From contig JBFGJG010000003.1 of NCBI GenBank assembly GCA_041577295.1, positions 64,001-128,000 on the forward strand: DNA of 64,000 nt, given 5' to 3'. Under the pieces are notes generated by a model that saw nothing but the letters and a program-made list of their open reading frames with translations, searched no databases and was not told where the DNA came from. Made by a program: the position numbers and the translations under genes. The DNA is from Gemmatimonadales bacterium (GTDB lineage: Bacteria > Gemmatimonadota > Gemmatimonadetes > Gemmatimonadales > GWC2-71-9). Positions 60,100-64,000 of this stretch are shown one piece after another (position 1 is the stretch's first letter; each line of letters starts with the position of its first letter).

Positions 60100-61680
60100 A
60101 TGAGTCAGGAGCATTGGGACGTCGTTGTCGTCGGCAGCGGGTTCGGGGGAAGCACCGTCGCCCTCAAGCTCGCAAGGGCCGGCCTACGGGTCCTGGTGCT
60201 GGAGCGGGGAAAGTGGGTCGATCGCGACGACACAGCCTGGGATACGACGGCGATCCAGATCGACCGGAAGTACCGCGGTGTGACGCCGTACGAGGTCGAT
60301 GAACGGTGGGGCCGCAAGCTGACCTACCCCGATGACGCGGTGGGAGGCAAATCGATCTTTTACGGTGCGGCGTCCTTCCGACTCCGGGAAGCCGACTTCG
60401 CCACGGCAGCCCGCTTCCCGCGACTGCCCGAAGACTCGATCCCAAACATGGATTGGCCCATCGGGTACCGCGATCTTGCGCCGTTCTACGACGAAGCGGA
60501 ACAGGCTATCGGCGTCGCAGGCGTCGCCGGCGAGGATCCCACCGAGCCGCCGCGGAGCCAGGGATACCCTGCGAAACCCGCTCCCTACGGCCGCTCGGCG
60601 AAGCGCATCGCACACGCGGCTGAGCGGCTGGGCCTCAAGCCGTTCCCCATCCCCCTCGCAATCAACTTCCGTGGCGACAGGGGACGGCCCGCGTGCGTCA
60701 TGTGCATGACGTGCGATCTCTTCCCTTGTAAAATCTGCGCGAAAAACGACCTCGCGGTCACAGTGCTCGCCGATGCCCACCGATGCGGCGCACGAGTGCG
60801 CTCACGGACGATCGCGCGCCGTCTTCTCGTCGATGGCTCCCGGGTTCGCGGAGTCGATTGCCTCGATCTGGACCGCGGGTCGCAGATGACGATTACGTGC
60901 GATCTGTGTGTAGTGAGCTGCGGCGCGATTGGAACGGCGGCCCTCATGCTCTCCTCGGGACTCGGGAACCACCATCCCAATGGCAGCCTCATCGGCCGCC
61001 GACTGATGCGGCACTGCAGCGGGATCGTCATCGGCATCTTCCCCTTCAAGACGAATCCGGAGCGCCAGTTTCACAAACAGGTGGCCATCACGGATTACTA
61101 CCTTGGGGAAAGTGGGAGCCGGCCGGAGGGACCATGGGGAACGATCCAGGGTCTCCAGACACCGCCTCCGGAGTTCATTGAGAAGACGTCGCCGTACCCC
61201 TTCCCCGTTGGGCATATCGGCGCACGCTCTGTTGACTATCACGCGTATCTGCTGTGCATCGCGGAGGATCTACCCCGACTCGAGAACCGTGTAGAGGTGG
61301 ACGAGACTGCCGTGGACGCGTTCGGCATGCCGCGGGCAAAGGTGTTTCACGAGTACTTCCCGCGCGACTTGCGGGCGCGCAAGGCTCTGGTGCGGGCTGG
61401 CAGCCGCATCTTGCGACAGGCAGGGGCGTTGTTGCGTGTGCGCCTGCCGATTCACACGTACTCGCACGCGTTGGGCACCTGCTGCTTCGGCACCAACCCA
61501 GAAACAGCCGTACTCGACTCCAACTGCCGTTTCTTCGGAGTCGGCAACCTGTTTGTAGTGGATGGGAGCTTTCTCCCGTCCTCGGGCGGCGTGAACCCCA
61601 GCCTCACGATCGCGGCTAACGGCCTCCGCGTCGGACACTTTCTCGCTGAAAGCTGGGACGAGGTGCATCGCTCTTCATGA
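60100..61680 (+). CDS. GMC family oxidoreductase
   Basis: FAD-binding VVVGSGFGG..LVLERG; CVMCMTCDLFPC; HALGTC; NLFVVDGS..GVNPSLTI. Confidence 0.92.
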   Translation: MSQEHWDVVVVGSGFGGSTVALKLARAGLRVLVLERGKWVDRDDTAWDTTAIQIDRKYRGVTPYEVDERWGRKLTYPDDAVGGKSIFYGAASFRLREADFATAARFPRLPEDSIPNMDWPIGYRDLAPFYDEAEQAIGVAGVAGEDPTEPPRSQGYPAKPAPYGRSAKRIAHAAERLGLKPFPIPLAINFRGDRGRPACVMCMTCDLFPCKICAKNDLAVTVLADAHRCGARVRSRTIARRLLVDGSRVRGVDCLDLDRGSQMTITCDLCVVSCGAIGTAALMLSSGLGNHHPNGSLIGRRLMRHCSGIVIGIFPFKTNPERQFHKQVAITDYYLGESGSRPEGPWGTIQGLQTPPPEFIEKTSPYPFPVGHIGARSVDYHAYLLCIAEDLPRLENRVEVDETAVDAFGMPRAKVFHEYFPRDLRARKALVRAGSRILRQAGALLRVRLPIHTYSHALGTCCFGTNPETAVLDSNCRFFGVGNLFVVDGSFLPSSGGVNPSLTIAANGLRVGHFLAESWDEVHRSS

Positions 61681-62681
61681 GCAAGCTCGGCCTGTGCATC
61701 CTCGGTTGTGGATCCATCGCACGGCTACATAGCCGCGTGGCGCGAACTCTTCGTTCGCGGGTCGAACTCTCGTACGCGAGCCGCTCGCTCGAGACCGCCC
61801 AGAAATACGCCAAGCAGTTTCACGGGGTGGCCGCGTTCGGGAGTTACGAGGCGGCGTGCGCTGATCCTCGGGTGAACGCCGTGTTCATCTGTACGCCGCA
61901 CGCATTTCACGTCGATCATGTCCGTCTTGCCGCAGCTCACGGCAAGGCCATCCTCATCGAGAAGCCGGTTACGCGAACGCTGGGTGAGCTCGCGGAAATC
62001 GAGCGTCTGGTCGCCGATGCGGGCGTGGTGGCGATGGTTGCTGAGAATTACCACTTCAAACCGCTCCGCCGGGTCCTCGAGCATCACATCGAGCGGGGCG
62101 ACATTGGAGACCCGCTCTTCGTCGAAGTCAACCGCGCGGGGCGCAGCAAGATTGCGGGCTGGCGCAAGGACGCGGAGCTGATGGGTGGCGGGGCTCTGCT
62201 CGAGGGAGGCGTTCACTGGATCAATCTGTTGGTGAACGTGGGAGGTTCGGTCGATTCGGTGATCGCCGCCCAACCTCACAAGAAGCAGGAATTGATCGCA
62301 CCATTCGAGGACGGTCTCCAGCTGCTCGTGAAGTTCTCGGATGGATCGGTAGGCAAGATGCTCCACTCGTGGAACCTACGAAACCGCATCGGCGGCCTCG
62401 GCATGTCCAAGATCTACGGCAGCGCCGGGAACATTCTGTTCGAGAGCAATGGGATCTTCGCATTGGTGCTGGGCAAGAGACGGCGGCTCCGATTCCCCGG
62501 AGTCCTGGATATCATGGGCTATCGCGGGATGTTGAAACACTTCATCGAGTGCGTCCAGGAGGGGCGCACGCCAAGTATGTCGCTCGATGTCGCCCGACGA
62601 GACTTGCGGGTCATCGTCGCGGCGTATCGGTCGCTCACGAGCGGGCGCTTCGAGTCCGCACTGGAGGATCGTGATGCTTGA
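61677..62681 (+). CDS. Gfo/Idh/MocA family oxidoreductase
   Basis: GCGSIA, ICTPHAFH, IEKP, GGGALLEGGVH; ATGA overlap with GMC. Confidence 0.92.
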   Translation: MSKLGLCILGCGSIARLHSRVARTLRSRVELSYASRSLETAQKYAKQFHGVAAFGSYEAACADPRVNAVFICTPHAFHVDHVRLAAAHGKAILIEKPVTRTLGELAEIERLVADAGVVAMVAENYHFKPLRRVLEHHIERGDIGDPLFVEVNRAGRSKIAGWRKDAELMGGGALLEGGVHWINLLVNVGGSVDSVIAAQPHKKQELIAPFEDGLQLLVKFSDGSVGKMLHSWNLRNRIGGLGMSKIYGSAGNILFESNGIFALVLGKRRRLRFPGVLDIMGYRGMLKHFIECVQEGRTPSMSLDVARRDLRVIVAAYRSLTSGRFESALEDRDA

Positions 62682-63141
62682 AATTTCGAGCCCCGCATTC
62701 GCCGACGGAGGGCCCATACCACGGGCGCATACCTGTGATGGCGCCGACATCTCTCCGCCTTTGGTGTGGCGTGGCGCGCCGACCGGCACGCAGGGGTACG
62801 CGCTAATCGTCGACGACCCAGACGCCCCGGGAAAGACGTGGGTCCACTGGGTGCTGTACGGTCTCGATGGGGAAGTCACCAACCTCCCCGCTGGGTTTCC
62901 ACCCGCTCCGGAGACGACGACGCCACACGCCGCGCGCCAGGGCACCAATGACTTTCGTCGTACAGGGTACGGTGGTCCGTGCCCACCAAAGGGCAAGCCC
63001 CATCGCTACATCTTCACGCTGTACGCCCTCGATCAGCAGCTCACCCTCCCAGCGGGCGCGACGAAAGACGTAGTGCTCAACGCAATCCGGGGACATGTGC
63101 TGGAAGAGACTAAGATGATCGGAACCTATGGGAGGGGTTAG
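62674..63141 (+). CDS. YbhB/YbcL (PEBP/Raf kinase inhibitor-like) protein
   Basis: CDGADISPPL, DPDAP, WVHW, YGGPCPP, HRYIF. Confidence 0.93.
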   Translation: MLEISSPAFADGGPIPRAHTCDGADISPPLVWRGAPTGTQGYALIVDDPDAPGKTWVHWVLYGLDGEVTNLPAGFPPAPETTTPHAARQGTNDFRRTGYGGPCPPKGKPHRYIFTLYALDQQLTLPAGATKDVVLNAIRGHVLEETKMIGTYGRG

Positions 63142-63142
63142 C

Positions 63143-63190
63143 GGGGATAGAGGGGACATGCTCCGTGGAAAACTCCATCCCCTCTACCCC
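63143..63190. terminator. Hairpin between convergent ybhB-like and osmC-like genes
   Basis: ggggatagagggga ... tcccctctacccc inverted repeat. Confidence 0.5.
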
Positions 63191-63202
63191 TTCTACTCCC
63201 TT

Positions 63203-63670
63203 CTAACTCCGATAATCGATCTCCGTGGTGACGGCGACGCAGCTGCTGATGGTGCGTGCAACGGGACAGGCCCGCGCGTGGGCTGCGTGCGCGCGTTCCA
63301 CCGCGTTGCGAACGTCCTTGGCAACGGCCAGGTCGTAGGTAACATGGATACGGCGGATGACGAGCACGCCGTCCTCGGTTTCGATTTCACCGGTGACCCC
63401 GCCAACGAGGTCGTCACGTTCGATCGTGATCCCGCGCGCTGCCAGCGCGCCTGCAAAGGTGCCGGTGAGTCAGCCGCCCGTCGCCGCCACGACATAATCG
63501 AGCGTCGTGGCGTGCGCCTCCTCCCCCGTCATATCGACGCCGTAGTGCTCGGCGACATCGCTATGAACGCCGAACCGCACCGGCTCGGACTCGGCGGGAA
63601 GGTGCGCGTGACGGAGGCGACCACCAACACGACGAATGGTGACTTTGGACGTGTAGACGATCTCGGACAT
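63203..63670 (-). CDS. OsmC-family protein with in-frame UGA (probable selenocysteine at codon 67), 155 aa
   Basis: Reading through TGA at 63470-63472 gives ..TTLDYVVAATGG-U-LTGTFAGALAARGI..GVLVIRRIHVTY..HARACPVARTI..TEIDYRS*; OsmC fold with the second Cys in CPV. Confidence 0.85.
63434..63450 (-). promoter_or_regulatory. Candidate bacterial SECIS element
   Basis: mRNA GCGCGCU-GGC-AGCGCGC, a perfect 7-bp stem with a G-initiated loop 26 nt after the UGA. Confidence 0.7.
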
Positions 63671-63698
63671 GACGATGCCTCCGGCATGAAAGCGTGGT

Positions 63699-64000
63699 AT
63701 GGGTAGCCCGACGATCATCATCTTGCTGGCCGCGTTTGTCCAGGAACCCGTGTGGCGAGAAGTCCCTTCACTTCCCGTTCGACGCGCCAACAACGCCGTG
63801 GCCGCGATGGAGACGATGCGCGGCCCTGCCCTCTTTTCGTTTCTTGGTCTCGATAGCACCAAGCGGTGGAGTGGCGTGCGAAACGATGCCTACCGCTGGA
63901 ACATGCGCTCGACCACCTGGCAACGCATTGCCGCCGTGCCGGGTCCCGGTCGTTTGGCGGCAACTGCCCAGGTGGTGCGTGGCCGCATCTATGTGATTGG
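63699..64000 (+). CDS. Kelch-repeat protein, N-terminal part (truncated by window end; absent from ORF track)
   Basis: Manual translation MGSPTIIILLAAFVQEPVWREVPSLPVRRANNAVAA..TWQRIAAVPGPGRLAATAQVVRGRIYVIG; Kelch W..LP..R and R..IYVIG motifs. Confidence 0.8.
   Translation, partial: MGSPTIIILLAAFVQEPVWREVPSLPVRRANNAVAAMETMRGPALFSFLGLDSTKRWSGVRNDAYRWNMRSTTWQRIAAVPGPGRLAATAQVVRGRIYVI

Noticed and set aside
63470..63472. Nonsense mutation making the OsmC-like gene a pseudogene
   Set aside because: The stop is UGA exactly at the expected Cys position, both halves are intact, and a SECIS-like hairpin follows. Not formally excluded until sel genes are found.
63128..63706. 192-aa plus-strand ORF
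   Set aside because: Antisense shadow of the OsmC-like gene with no recognisable motifs.
1..64000. Prophage, transposase, integrase, defence system, tRNA or rRNA
   Set aside because: No recognisable signatures, and base composition looks uniform across the window.

Overview
GC-rich bacterial chromosomal segment with about 46 protein-coding genes. I found no rRNA, tRNA, CRISPR array or mobile element. The gene content (paired SusC/SusD, barrel-less TonB-plug proteins, soluble Ser/Thr kinases, a large Ig/TolB-like lipoprotein) suggests a Gemmatimonadota-type organism; this is inference. Main content: two tandem SusC/SusD pairs; a TetR-TolC-MFP-RND efflux operon preceded by three tandem palindromic operators; an ABC-2 exporter; secreted amidohydrolases and peptidases; a PRT-like/PIG-L/ABC importer/MFS operon; acyl-CoA dehydrogenase; a GAF-PAS histidine kinase; Met gamma-lyase-like, trxC, rpiA, tkt, acnA and arfB genes; and a GMC/Gfo-Idh-MocA cluster. 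The strongest signals that the ORF track misses are (1) an OsmC-family gene (63203-63670, minus) with an in-frame UGA at the catalytic Cys position followed by a SECIS-like hairpin, probably a selenoprotein; (2) an intergenic array of about 16 in-register 21-bp palindromic units (30700-31035); and (3) several proteins lacking a canonical catalytic residue (histidine kinase H->R, nitrilase K->M, NfeD-like S->G, PRT lacking DD). All calls come from motif recognition by eye; no database searches were run.
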